Origin: Octopus sinensis | Lineage: Eukaryota | DNA length: 64,000 bases | Direction: 5' to 3' | NCBI RefSeq assembly: GCF_006345805.1 | Contig: NC_042998.1 | Location: 193,192,001 to 193,256,000, forward strand | Shown: positions 1-12,844 of the stretch, in pieces | How positions within the stretch are numbered: the stretch's first letter is position 1 | Layout of the letters: every line of letters starts with the position of its first letter | The notes under the pieces: model-generated | What the model saw: only the letters and a program-made list of their open reading frames with translations | The model's database searches: none | Told to the model about the DNA's origin: nothing | Program-made: the position numbers and the translations under genes

Positions 1-488
1 TGAGCCGCTCTTCGGCTGTCTATCTGCGGCTTTATATAGCTGTGGTACGACCGCACCTGGAATTTGCCTCACCGGTCTGGAACTCCTATCTTGCCCAGGA
101 TATTAATCGTCTGGGAGCCGTTCAGCGACGTGCAACCAAGAGAATACCCTCCATCAGGCATTTGTCATATTCTGAATGCCTTACTTCCCTGGGCATGGAT
201 ACATTGAAACTCCAATGTCTGGCAGCTGACTTGGCAGCCACCCATAAAGTTATTAACCATCTTACTAACAATAACTCTGAGCACCTTTTCAAACTCCATC
301 TGTCTAACACCCGTGGACATGTTTACAAAGTCAGAAAAGAGCACAACTCTCATGACTTTTGGAAACACTTTTTCACACTATGAGTTGCTGAAGCATGGAA
401 CAAACTGCCGGCATCACTTGTTAGTTGTCGGCGCACTACATCCTTCAAAACTTCCATGCTTCCTGAGATTCGCCAACACTACACCTGA
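1..488 (+). mobile_element. 3' relic of a CR1/L2-type LINE reverse transcriptase ORF
   Basis: Frame 3 reads LYIAVVRPHLEFASPVW...VQRRATKRI...LSYSECLTSLG...NTRGHVYK...FFTL*VAEAWNKLP, the typical CR1/L2 C-terminal signature. The in-frame TGA at 381-383 is best explained as CGA decay; the frame ends at TGA 486-488. Confidence 0.85.
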
Positions 489-1243
489 TTTTTTCCCCCT
501 CCATACACACGCAAGCATGTATCTGACTCATACACTGTTCACTTTCCAGACATTTGTACATTACTGCATATACTTTATACACACTTTTGACAAGTTGTGT
601 TGCAACGGAGCACTGTATACAATAATTTCATTATTGTATATTATTATTATGTCAGAATTTATATTAAACGGGAGCAATTTATATTATGTTAGAATTTACG
701 TTATCTATTAAATGTGCAATACTCCCACCTAACAAAACCAAGAGGCGCACACACTATATTAATTACTGTCCACCTCCCAAACGAAATATACAATCCAAAG
801 ACCGAATGTTATCCATCATACATATTCATATATACGACTGTGTAATCAAAAGGTTCGTTCTTATCTTAGCTACAAAGCTTGCGGCATTTTGACCAAATGT
901 CTTCTATGCACTGAAGAGTTATAAGTAGAATTTAGTTGATTAAAACTGTGCGGAATTCACACAGATAGATCCTTTCGGTGCTTCGGTATTATACTTAACC
1001 TATCACTTTTTTCAACATTACCACCTAACCTTAGATCACATTAAAATCTACTTAGTGGCAAGTATTCGGGCCAGCAATATCTCTAGCCTAGGGATAAATT
1101 CTTCCTGTCCTCATACAAGTAGGCCTTGCAATAAGTCATGGGCGCTTTCCTTTCTTCTCTTGCTAATATATCTCAAATATAACACTTCTATGCCTTATTT
1201 ATGCTTATATGCAAAGCCGCTCGGGACATAAACAAACATTGTG

Positions 1244-2343
1244 TGCGACTATATGAATGTATGTATTTATGTATGTATGTATGTATGTATGTATGTATGT
1301 ATGTTTGCTTGTATGTATGTATGTATGTATGTATGTATGTTATGTATGTATGTAATGTATGTACGTTATGTATGTATGTATGTATGTATGTATGTATTTA
1401 TGTATGTATGTATGTATGTATGTATGTATGTATGTATGTATGTATGTATGTATGTATGTATGTATGTATGTATGTATGTATGTATGTATGTATGTATGTA
1501 TGTTATGTGTGCATGTATGTATGTATGTATGTATGTATGTATGTGCAGATTTTTACGGTTCCAGTGATGGATTGGATATGTAGTCTTCGAATTAGCATTC
1601 TCCTTTCTGGTTTTGAGAAGTCTAATTTCTCAAGATTGGCATTTAGGCAGCGTGATGCATGCATACATGCATGTATGTATGTATGTATGTATGTATGTAT
1701 GTATGTATGTATGTATGTATGTATGTATGTATGCATATATGTATGACATGCAGCGTCTGTGCAAGACCCTGCCTCAGTAAAGCTGGACTCAAGAGTCAAC
1801 TTCGTAGTCATAAAGCGAGACAGATGAGTGACAACCTGGCCACTGATGGTGATGTTACACACCATACTAATTATATCTGTCGGGCATGTGGAAGAGAGTG
1901 TAATTCGGCAGGAGGACTTAAACGACATGCAAAGGTACATGAAGCCCAGTTACAACTACAGCCGGCTATTACCAGTAAAGGTTTTAGCTGCCAATTTTGT
2001 ACAAGACGTTGTAGATCTTTGGCTGGGCTAAAAAGTCACATTCGATCACGGCACCAATAACAGTTAAGCTTCGTGCAATGGCCATACTCTATAATGAAGG
2101 GGCAACCATCATTATCATCATGTATGTACGTATGTATGTATGTATGTATGTATGCATGTATGTATGTATGTATGTATGTATGTATGTATGTATGTATGTA
2201 TGTATGCATGTATGTATGCATGCATGTATGTATGTATGTATGTATGTATATACGTATGTTTGTATGCATGCATGTATTCATGTGTACATGTATGTATGAA
2301 TTTATGTATGTGTGTGTGCGTGTATATATGTATACACACTCAC

Positions 2344-2390
<47 letters not shown>
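1244..2390. repeat. (TATG)n microsatellite field with terminal (CA)n, interrupted by a LINE 3' end
   Basis: Long TATG runs at about 1244-1545, 1656-1745 and 2120-2330; CA run at about 2335-2390. Confidence 0.95.
1546..2118 (+). mobile_element. 3' end of an RTE-like LINE: C-terminal C2H2-like fingers, short 3' UTR and (ATC)n tail, split by a (TATG)n tract
   Basis: 1744-2060 encodes CSVCARPCLSKAGLKSQLRSH, CRACGRECNSAGGLKRHAKVH and CQFCTRRCRSLAGLKSHIRSRH, resembling the CxxCxRxxxSxxGLxSHxRxH motif that ends RTE/BovB-like ORFs. The stop is followed by a ~45-nt UTR and atcattatcatc. Confidence 0.65.
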
Positions 2391-2859
2391 CTCATTTTAT
2401 TTTCCCTTCCCTCTCCCTCAGATTAGAGATGTCAGCCACAGTATTAACCTGGGTAAACTGGTTCTGCGAAGTTTATTTTTGCAGGACCAGAAACATTTGC
2501 CCTTGATATATATTCCTTGTTAGGATTCATCCTTTCTATTTTTTACATATTCCGTTGTTACGGAATTTTTCTCTTCTTGTTCAATAACTTGTTTGTAGCG
2601 AGGTGAAATGTTTTGTTACTAAAGAGAAAAATATAACAGTGTGTACAATCATTAGCGAAAAACTGAACCTTATATTCTTGGACAAACATTTCGTTGTCTG
2701 TTGACAATTAGCTGTTTTACAATAGCTATTCAACTATGCAGTTCAGTCTTAGGAGAAAAAAAAACTGTTTTTTTCATTTTTTACTTGTTCATTGGTGAGT
2801 AATGACACACAATGATTGACCAGCAGTGTGGTTGTTTGTTCTACACCAACAGTTTACCT

Positions 2860-2976
2860 CTCTGTCTCTCTGTCTGTCTCTGTCTCTGTCTCTCTTTCTC
2901 TCTCGCCTGTTCGAACACTTCTCTTCATATTGCTCTTTCTCTACCTATCTATCAATCTATCTCTGCATACCTATAT

Positions 2977-3017
<41 letters not shown>

Positions 3018-3440
3018 TCTTTCTCTCTCTCTTTCCGTCAACTCTCTCTTTCCATCTCTCTCTCACTTTCTTTCTCTCTCTTTCTTCTGTCTGTCTGTCT
3101 GTCTCTCTCTCTCCGTCTCTCTCTCTCTTTCTCTCTCTTTCTCACTTTCTCTCTCTCTTTCTGTCTCTCTCTCTTTCCGTTTCTCTCTCTTTCGCTCTCT
3201 TTCTCACTTTCTCTCTCTCTTTCTCTCTCTCTCACTTTCTCTCTCTCTCTTATATATATATATATATATATATAATTCACACACATACACAGAGAAAGAA
3301 AGAGCGAATTTTACATGTTTGTATGTGTGTAATGGAGAGGGCAAGAACATGTGTGAGTGTGTGTATGTGAGTGTGTGTGTGTCTGTGTGCGCGCGCGTGT
3401 GTGTGTGTATGTGAGTGTACGTGTGTGTGCGCGCGTGCGC
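2860..3440. repeat. Compound (CT)n / (TA)n / (GT)n low-complexity tract
   Basis: Directly visible dinucleotide runs. Confidence 0.95.
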
Positions 3441-4142
3441 ACGGGAATGCTTGTGTTTGTATGCGTATAGGTATGTTCAAGCATATGAGTTCGGGTATAT
3501 GTAATATTCCTGTGTTTGCAGGTATGTATAAATGTACACAAATGAAGCTTTGTGTTTACATTCTAAAGCAAGTTTCTCTATTTGTTCTTTAACAACAGAG
3601 AAAGGACGCTCATAACGAGCTGATTCACTGTTGCAATTCCTGCAATGGTGGCTGGCATATTTAATTCGTACTGTTTATCAACGTACTCGAACCGTAGAAT
3701 CTATTGTTTCTTTCTCTCATCGTTTCCTTTACTGTCCTGTCAATTCATACTCTATATATAGTATTAATGTAGTCATCAGGATTTATAGAGAAAAAAAAAT
3801 GATGCTTTGACCGAGAGAGAGCGGATAAGGTGTAGACTTTATGTTAATGTGTTCGTCTGACGTCACTGGCTTTGCATCGAGAAAGGTAGATCGCATGTAA
3901 ATGTTTCATGCTACATAACTGTAAATAACGTGATTAAAAAGAGCCAATGTGTGAGCCTTTAAGGGGTTCTTGTTTAACTCCAGGTCGAATCAGATTTAGT
4001 AAACTAACGGCGAAAGAAATATCAACCGCAATATATGACTGTTGGTTTCTCTCCTTTTTTAGTGTATTTCTGCAGCTGCATTATCTAATGATGGTCGGTT
4101 GTATTTTATATATATATATATAGCGGTGTACGTACACGCTGT

Positions 4143-4191
<49 letters not shown>

Positions 4192-4206
4192 ATTTATATA
4201 TATATA

Positions 4207-4408
4207 GCTTTCAAAATGTGACCTCGTGTGTACCATTGGCGATTTTTTTCTCTGGATCTTTCCTTCTCCTATGTTTCCGACGAAGAGCTCCGCTCGAAAC
4301 ATTAAACGCTCCTTCTTTCCTTCTTTCCTGAGCGTCCAATAATACTATATTTGTTCCACGTCCTCGCGTTGTTGTGTTTTTTTTTGTGCTTTCTTGTTTG
4401 GATTAACT

Positions 4409-4410
<2 letters not shown>
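4207..4410 (+). mobile_element. Short hammerhead-bearing dispersed repeat (Penelope pseudo-LTR-like), flanked by (TA)n
   Basis: Colinear with 29978-30120 (cctatgtttc..gacgaag.gctccgctcgaaac, gagcgtccaataa, ccacgtcctcgcgttgttgtgtttt, tttggattaac) and ends at the same 3' boundary. Confidence 0.65.
4273..4307 (+). ncRNA. Degenerate minimal type I hammerhead ribozyme motif
   Basis: gttt-CCGACGA-A-GAGC(tcc)GCTC-GAAAC-ATT-aaac. Stems I and II are intact; U4>C and G16.2>A relative to the copy at 30006. Confidence 0.5.
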
Positions 4411-4453
<43 letters not shown>

Positions 4454-4458
<5 letters not shown>

Positions 4459-4627
4459 GAATAGAGCTGAACGACGAATTAACAAAATTCCTTTATTTTC
4501 GACATATGTTTCGAAGGCTGCATATTCCTAATTGCGAAGGAATAAGGAATATTTTTCCGATGTGAATTTGCTACCCAGGTATCGGTTAATTCGAATGATC
4601 CTTAATAAGATACTTCATTCAACTACT

Positions 4628-4632
<5 letters not shown>
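4454..4632. mobile_element. Rearranged fragment of the hammerhead-bearing repeat family at 51978-52534
   Basis: 4454-4547 matches 52125-52220 directly and carries only the GAAAC-ATAT-GTC half of the hammerhead on the minus strand. About 4560-4632 matches 51987-52058 in reverse. (TA)n on both sides. Confidence 0.7.
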
Positions 4633-4670
<38 letters not shown>

Positions 4671-5957
4671 GAAGTATGAATCATTATTGTTACAAAGAAA
4701 TACGTACTCTACAAGTAAGTATTTAGTAAGCCTTCAATTTAATATTATTTGTTTTTCTTTACATCAAATGCTGCTTCTAATTTACATAGTTGATAATTTA
4801 ATCGGGGTTTCAAAAGTATCTATAAGTATTCAAAAGTATTCAAAAGTATTCAAAAGTATTCATTTAAAATTTTCGCATGAAAACTTCCATTTTCCCCTTC
4901 ACTAATTTTGTTTTTCTTTTTCTTTTTTTTTTTTTTGCAGATACCGGAGTCGTACTTGAGCACTGTATCTCTAAGTATAAAATCATAGTAGAAAATTCTT
5001 TGTTCAAGTTTCAGTTTTAGTTTTAATGTAGACAGTTTTAGATTCTACTCTTATTTCTCAGTTTAGGTCCGAAGGAGGTTACATTTGAAAATTTTCTTCA
5101 AACTATAACAATGCTTAGCGATGCACTGTAAATTGTCACTTCATATTCTGCAAAATGTGAAAATCCAGGTTCACCATTTGCATGTTTATTGCTGCTTCAT
5201 ACCAAAAGTTCTGACCCCCTCAGGAAATATATTTTACCAAACGAGTCTTCGTAGTTCGCACAAGTGTATTTCCCGAAGTTTAGATTGATCAGCCAAAATT
5301 GAAGAGTTGCAAAAGTTAGGCAAATATGGTTTAAACAAGCTTTAGGTGGTAGTGGTAGTGGTGGTGGTGGGAGGTCGAGGTCGTGAATTCTTAGACTTTC
5401 TTTTAAATGGTTTGGCTTCAATATTCCTTAGTACATGGCTTAAATGTTCTTCGCACATTCACCTCAAAAGCTCAGACATTGTTTTTGAACAGTATTTCCT
5501 TGTTCTTGGGAAATTTATTTGGCAGAAATTTTATGTTGAAATTTTAGAAAACTCATATCTAAAATCAATTTTTTTATTTGAGAGATACTGAGATTTCAAT
5601 GTGTCTAAATTCGTTTCAAGAATTATATATTGACGGCATAACATTCCTCTTAGCATAATCAATGCAAAACTGTACCGTTCAGCTAAGACACGATTATGGT
5701 CCAAAATATATTTCTGAAACAGCAAATTTGTTCAAATTCTCTCAACACAGACATCATAAATCGTTAAGTTAATTAGTTGCATCCGAGTACAGAGTATGTA
5801 ATTCCTTTCCAGCATAATTGTCCCAACTAGAAGGTCCCTTTTGTAAAAGGAAATAGCAATGGAATAGTTTTCAATGATTCCTCACCTCCATTGATAATTA
5901 TATATATATATATATATATATAGATAAGAAAGTTTGTTTGGTAAAGCACGTGGGTGA

Positions 5958-8413
5958 ATATATAAGAAAATAGTAAAGTGTGAAAAAACGACAGAAGGCT
6001 TAAATGTTAAAAAATATATATATTTGTGTCAAAATGTCTGGAGAATATTGGAAAAATTTTTTTTCCTTTCCTTAAAATGACATAATTTTTAAAATTTTTA
6101 AAGAAATTACCGGTTTCGCGTGTAGCTTTTCAAATTTCTTGTGACGTTATGTTTATATTGCATGGAATTATCGTTGTTTTTATTTCCAGGAGATTTCTAA
6201 ATAAGGGGAGGTAGTGAGTGATTTTTTCCGGTGTAGGGGAGATAATCGCTTAAAAATTTTTTTTCCCTTTTTCCTTGTTAATTTCTCTGTGTCAGTATGT
6301 TCGGATGGTTGAGTCTGGGTTTGTACTTTTCAATGAAGAATGTTTCCTTGTTCAGTCTCTTGTGTTGATGATCCGAAAGCACATTGGTAAAATGGGAAGA
6401 TTAAAAATTGTGGCAGTAGTTGCTTTGCGCATTCTCAATGTGCTCACTAAAAGGTATCATTCTATATTCTGGAATGCAATCTGTTGTCGATGCAGTGTGC
6501 ATCTGCGCCTGAGTGATAGTCCCGTGGAACCCACGTAGTCTTGGTGGCAGCCCGAGCATTTAATAACATAAATTATGTTTCAGAGGCACAAGTAAAGTTA
6601 GATTTGATCTTAAATTTCTGTCCCTCTTTAAAGAAGAATTCTGATCCTTCCAATAGGTAGGACATGTTGCACAGTTCGATCTAACATTTTTTTACTTTTG
6701 CATCCGTAATTTTAGAAGACAATTTTGCCTTTGTGAGAATCTTTTTAAGTGATTTAGGCTGTTTGTAGCTTTAATGATTTGGTGTATGTTTAGAATTTCC
6801 TTTAATTTTGGGTTTTATGAAGTATTGGTAAATGGGTGATGATGGTGAAGGCTTCTTTGTTTCTGGGGTTGTATGTAGATATGTAAGGTAGTATTTTCGG
6901 GGAAGGTGTGTTGTTGTGTTGAACTTTTCTTAAAGTTTCTATGTTGATTTCTGTTGCACGTCTGATCCCATCCTCTATGAGTTGAGGGGGTAATGTCTGT
7001 CAATTAGGGTGTTTTTGAGTTCTTGCAGTCTAAAGTTCCTGGTATTTGTTCTGACACTATTGTGCATATCCTTCTTGCAAGGTTGAAGGGGATGTTTGTT
7101 TTAGTGTGTCTTGGGTGGCATGAATTAAAAAGAAGGTATTGTTGGCGTCTGTGGCTTTGTAAAAATGTCTGTTTCTATTTTAAGGTTAATTTTTTTAATT
7201 AGTATATCCAAGAAGGAGCTCCTTTTGGTTGTATTCCATTGTGAACTGTATATTTGGGTTTATGCTGTTCAATAGGTTTTTAAATTTTAGGAGTTTATCT
7301 ATGTTTTCATTCCAGAGAATGAAAACAATCGTCTAGGAATCGTTTCCAATTCTCTTTTATGTATTGAGAGAGGGAGTTTCCAAAGATTGATAGAGATTCC
7401 TGGTAAATGATTATTTCCATGTATCCCATTGTTAAGTTCGCAATGACTGGTGCTGCCCTTGTACCCATAGCAATTCCGGATTTTTGACGGTAAAATGTAT
7501 TGTCAAACATGAAGTGGTTATTGTGTAGGATGAATTCAATTGATTTAGTAATGAATTCCTTACTGATCCTTTTTGGTATTTCTTCCGGAAATTGGTCTAA
7601 CCAGAATTGTATTGCCTCCAGTCCATAATTATGAGGAATACTGGTATACAAGTTGACTACATCAAATGAAACCAGGATTGTTTCTTCCTTGGTTTTTTTT
7701 GGGAGGTGGTTTAACATATCTAAGTCATCTCTGATATGGCTATCGATATGTTTAAGGAAGGGTTTCAAGAGGATGTCCATAAGTAGACTTAGTCTGTGTG
7801 TTTCACAGGTTGGGCCAGCTACAATGGGTCGTAGTTTTAGGTCCCCACGGGACTATCACTCAGGCGCAGATGCACACTGCATCGACAACAGATTGCATTC
7901 CCAGAATATAGAATGATACCTTTTAGTGAGCACATTGAGAAATGCGCAAAGCAACTACTGCCACAATTTTTAATCTTCCCATTTTACCAATGTGCTTTCG
8001 GATCATCAACACAAATGAGACTGAACAAGGAAACATTCTTCATTGAAAAGTACAAACCCAGACTCAACCATCCGAACATACTGACACAGAGAAATTAACA
8101 AGGAAAAAGGGAAAAAAAATTTTAAGCGATTATCTCCCCTACACCGGAAAAAATCACTCACTACCTCCCCTTAGTTAGAAATCTCCTGGAAACAAAAACA
8201 ACGATAATTCCATGCAATATAAACATAACGTCACAAGAAATTTGAAAAGCTACACGCGAAACCGGTAATTTCTTTAAAAATTTTAAAAATTATGTCATTT
8301 TAAGGAAAGGAAAAAAAATTTTTCCAATATTCTCCTCCAGACATTTTGACACAAATATATATATTTTTTAACATTTAAGCCTTCTGTCGTTTTTTCACAC
8401 TTTACTATTTTCT

Positions 8414-8420
<7 letters not shown>
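5958..8420 (-). mobile_element. Penelope-like retroelement, 5'-truncated, with an inverted copy of its 3' end (pseudo-LTR)
   Basis: RT and GIY-YIG relic on the minus strand. 5958-6527 is a near-identical inverted copy of 7845-8420. Confidence 0.9.
6278..7842 (-). pseudogene. Penelope-type reverse transcriptase + Cys linker + GIY-YIG endonuclease, frameshifted
   Basis: DLKLRPIVAGP, SFDVVNLYTSIP, SGIAMGTRAAPVIANLTMGYME and WKRFLDDCF; then a KC..SNCATCP linker, FTCASE, IYVIKCSGCHQDYVGST and RLNKETFFIEKYKPRLN, joined across frameshifts. Confidence 0.9.
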
Positions 8421-8448
<28 letters not shown>

Positions 8449-8460
8449 TATATACATATA

Positions 8461-8527
<67 letters not shown>

Positions 8528-8528
<1 letters not shown>

Positions 8529-9211
8529 CGTGGAAGGTGTTTATAAGCCATTTAAGAAACACACAAAACAGTTAGATTCACTTCAACATTTAAATTTAAT
8601 TTGTCAAAATATTTTCGTCGCTTTTTATCAATATATATATATATATATATTTATAAAGCTGCTAAGACAACAAAAGAATGAAAGAGACCTCGATATTATG
8701 TAAATAGAGGAATTTACATTTACAGATATATATATATATATATATATATATTATTATTATTATTATTATTTTCGAAGGGTTGATTGTGGAGCCAGCTCTA
8801 AGTTTCCTTAACAGATTGTCGAGGTACTTCTTCGGAACCACGTCAACATGTTAAATGCAGAGAAAGGCAATTACATTTTATGAGAGTCAAGTTTTGATAA
8901 TCTAATTTCATTAAAGTGTAGAGAGAATTTCTTACATTACGAAAGATTGAAGTTCTCCCTATTGCAACAGCAAAGGATTGTCTCATATCAATTCATTTCT
9001 AAGAACTTTATTACAATTTGTTGCAATATTTCAACAGTTTTTGCAAGATAAATTAGCCCTAAAACCCCCGACACAGTTTTATTTTGTCGTTTATTAGTAT
9101 AGGTCGCGGTCTCAAAGCGACGAAAATATTTTGACAAATTAAATTTAAATGTTGAAGTGAATCTAACGGTTTTTGTGTGTTTCTTAAATGGCTTATAAAT
9201 ACCTTCCACGC
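8528..9211. repeat. ~97-bp inverted repeat pair with ~490-bp spacer
   Basis: 8528-8624 (gcgtggaagg...cgtcgcttt) is the reverse complement of 9114-9211 with about 3 differences. Confidence 0.85.
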
Positions 9212-11069
9212 TGCAATTCTTTTCGTTCCAGCACACGATCTCAGATCAAGTCACTCGCTATGCAAGTACATCTCCGTAATAGACAGGGGTGTTTTTCACA
9301 ATGTTCGTTGACCCACTTCAAATCATAGAAGACTGACAATTACTTATACCTTTCAGTAAGGATGGAGAGCAACAATAGTTTTTACAGGCGCTGCACATTT
9401 TATTCTATGCAGTCTCCACCAGCTATACTTCAAGATGATGGTATTCCTATGATTGATTGATTGATTGATTGATTCTAGTTTCAGCTTATGAGCTGTGGCC
9501 ATGCTGGGGCACCGCCATTTGGTGTTGCTGCTTGGTTTCACTTCACGAAAGCTTTCTAGTAACTGCCATTTGGTGCATGAGAGAGTATATTGATAAGTTC
9601 ACCCAAATGATCGATGCTATGCGCATAGCAATCTATAAATGCTGTTAACTGTAAATTATTTTACTTTGAAAAGAAGAAAAAAAACTGCTCTTAGAATTCG
9701 TTGTGAATTTGAGTTTACTGCTGCTCTTCGCTGCATGTTGAACTGAAGAAGCTTATTTTCTGACGTAGGTTTTGCGAACTCATATTTCAGCATTGCGTAC
9801 ATTATATAAAGCTTTATCACACTTTGATATATTACTTTCACTCAATTTGAAAACTGTATGAATATCCTTTATCCTGGATCTTTCACGATTTTCTCGTATT
9901 TACACTATTTAACTCATTCTATAAGTGTATATAGTTTGGGAGCAACTGAGATTTACTTTTTTTAAAATAATTAAATTTTTATGCGCCAATCATATGATTA
10001 AAGTAACTGCCGTCAACATCTTTTACTATATACTTTACGAAGGATCCACTACGTAGTTGCCCAATATGCTAAAAGTAATAGCCAACTTTCTCTGAATTTA
10101 CACTTTATAGCATCAGAAAGAGGGATACATTGAAAAATATGTCAGCCCGGTGTCTTTAATGTAGCGTGATAAAATTGGTTGTTCGGCCTTCGTTTTTGAA
10201 AACGACCACACAACAACGGTAGATGGAGCCGTAATTGTGTTTCATGACTAAAGTGATTGTGCGTTTCATGGTTCTTGAGGTACACCTTTCGAAGTGACAT
10301 TGCTGGAGATCGACACCCCGTCCTTTGGAGCTTGACCAGTGGTAGTTGGTTTCCTTCACGTGCATCTTAAATTTGTATAAATACACAATATTGGATGGCC
10401 ATTGTCTCTCCCGAGTTCATTTAATCTATGATAAGTTTTGTTCCTACATAGGATCAGAAAATATCTTTCCTCACCAAGTAAGTTTGATAATGTTTTTCCG
10501 GTTTTTCCACACTTCTACAGAAGAAGCCTATTTCCAGTAACAAACCGTTGCCAAATGGTGCTATTAACAGAACCGATTTTCCAATGGATTCAGGTATTAT
10601 GTAACATATATAAATGTCATAACAATGTATTTCTAATCAAAATATTTTGAGTTTAAAATTAATTTTAAAGAATATGACAATTGCACATTGGATATTTGTT
10701 GAGAATACTTTTTTATAAATATTAAATCGCAGGTAAAACTCCTTCAAAAGTTTGTTCAGAATGTACAATGTAATTGATAGCACTGTTGCCGCTAGTGTTG
10801 TGCTATAATCGTTTATAAATGATCAATAAAGTAATAAATTTCAATGGGAAAAGTTCGTGGAATGTTGCCCTCAGCATTTAGTAAAATACTGCATCAAGTA
10901 TTATTACATAGTTATTCGAAAGCAAATGTGTCTTGTTTTTTTTTCTTTTTCAAGATTGTGCGTTCATTAAGCATTATGAATAAAGATATTTTAAAATATG
11001 GCAAAGCAGATTTCATTTAATTGTCTTATAAAAGTTACTAATTGTCTTAAAATCTCATTTATATATATC

Positions 11070-11108
<39 letters not shown>

Positions 11109-11777
11109 ATATATATATATATATGCAAATAAAGTAGAAAGCAAAGGGAATTGTTACCCCTACAAGCCCACAACCATGTTTAAATAGCCAAAACGTAGCA
11201 AGTAGCCCATATTTAATAATACTGTGCTGAAAATTCAAATCATCCACAATCTGATGTCCAATCTAGGAACCCAGCATTGAACTTTCCGATTCTGATATTC
11301 GCATTTGGTATTTTGGCTTATGCAATATGAACTTCATACCTGCCACCCGGTATTATGATTAGTATTATTATATCATGTTATATCATATCGCATTATCGTG
11401 CTTTACAGTAATGTTATATTATATTGAACCATATTAAAAATCTCAATGTCAGTTCCATGGAACTGGGTGCTTCAGGATCTATGTTGAAGTTATCACACTG
11501 ATTAGCGCACGACTATTCAATACCAAATCTGACCTGTCCCACTCCGAGATGGATTAAAAGTTTTCTTCTGATGATGCAACGGACATTGCATTCTGTGCAG
11601 CGTGCAACGCGGATGATATTTCTCAACCTTATTCGCAATAATTGCTGGGTAATTGGATGTAATGTTACTATCATAGTATGTGCGTGCATGTGTTCCCTGT
11701 TCTCTCTTTGTCTACTTTCCAATCCATTTTCGACTGTTAGCTCGGGACTTGCCACGTTATTCTTTGCTGATCTGTAT

Positions 11778-12106
11778 CTTAAAAAGACTCCGCCGGTTAC
11801 GACGACGAGGGTCCCAGCTGATACGATCAACGGAACAGCTTGCTCGTGAAATTAACGTGCAAATGGCTGAGCATTCCACAGACACGTGTACCCTTAACGT
11901 AGTTCTCGGGGAAAATCAGCGTGACACAGAGAGTGACAAGGCTGACCCTTTGAAATACAAGTACAACTCATTTTTGCCAGCTGAGTGGACTGGAGCAACG
12001 TGAAATAAAGTGTCTTGCTCAAGGACACAACGCGTCGCTGGGAATCGAACTCACAACCTTACGATCATGAGCCGAATGCCCTAACCACTAAGCCACGCGC
12101 CCTCAC
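11778..12106 (-). mobile_element. tRNA-derived CORE-like SINE (head C, tail T1) with 12-bp TSD
   Basis: Minus strand has an A box (tggcttagtgg), a B box (gagttcgattc) and CORE-like gtgtccttgagcaagacac. TSD gctgatctgtat at 11766-11777 and 12107-12118. Confidence 0.85.
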
Positions 12107-12776
12107 GCTGATCTGTATACATGCATACTAAAGTATATTTGCATATGTATATTTGTGCAAAGAACGATCAGCTATTTATGCCTAATCCTCAACCTACCTT
12201 CTCTTCTAATTGCATATTTTGTTCTTTCCAGGATTACTTAAAGCACATCTGGTTCTGAATGCACGTACGACAGACGAACAGCTGTATATAAACTCCTTTT
12301 CTCTTCCCATGCATCCTTCGCTCCATATTTTTCCGCACTAACTTTAGGTATAGGCTGGTATTTGCGTCTCATTGTGTATGTTCATGTTCACATTTCTACG
12401 ATTGAAGACCAGCGAATTTTAAGTCCGTATTTTCTCATAAGCCAATCGTGTTTTGATTCATCCGCTATCCATGCAATAGGTTCAACCATGCTATCTAGTT
12501 GTTCTTTAGTGCCTGAGAGAAAGACCATTCATACTAACAGAGTCCTGGCTCAGTTGAAACAATTAATACCCTTTATTATAACGTCCCTGCCTTCATAATA
12601 GATTGCAAATATTGTGACAGAATACGTGAATAATCAAAAGTAAAGACTCTTACGAAAAATATGTTTTCTATACATACTGAGTAGGCCGTCGTTGTCGGGA
12701 AATTTTCACAGTAGAATGTTTTCATTTCATTTTCTTTTTATTTCATGTCAGACCATATCTTCCCCGATGGATAGGC

Positions 12777-12807
<31 letters not shown>

Positions 12808-12844
12808 TGTATGTATGTATGTATGTATGTATGTATATATATAT

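Noticed and set aside
3597-3665. PHD-finger-like peptide LIHCCNSCNGGWHI after a splice acceptor
   Set aside because: An in-frame stop follows immediately, there is no donor and the remaining ligands are missing.
4941-5760. Strong splice acceptor at 4940 and several 60-80 aa ORFs
   Set aside because: No frame gives a recognisable product on either strand.
11568-11600. CTGATGA followed by a TGCAA/TTGCA hairpin, hammerhead-like
   Set aside because: No GAAA box after the stem.
12390-12510. Minus-strand open stretch GTKEQLDSMVEPIAWIADESKHDWLMRKYGLKIRW after a pyrimidine-rich acceptor
   Set aside because: Unrecognised, and the candidate donors lead to stops or an implausibly short intron.
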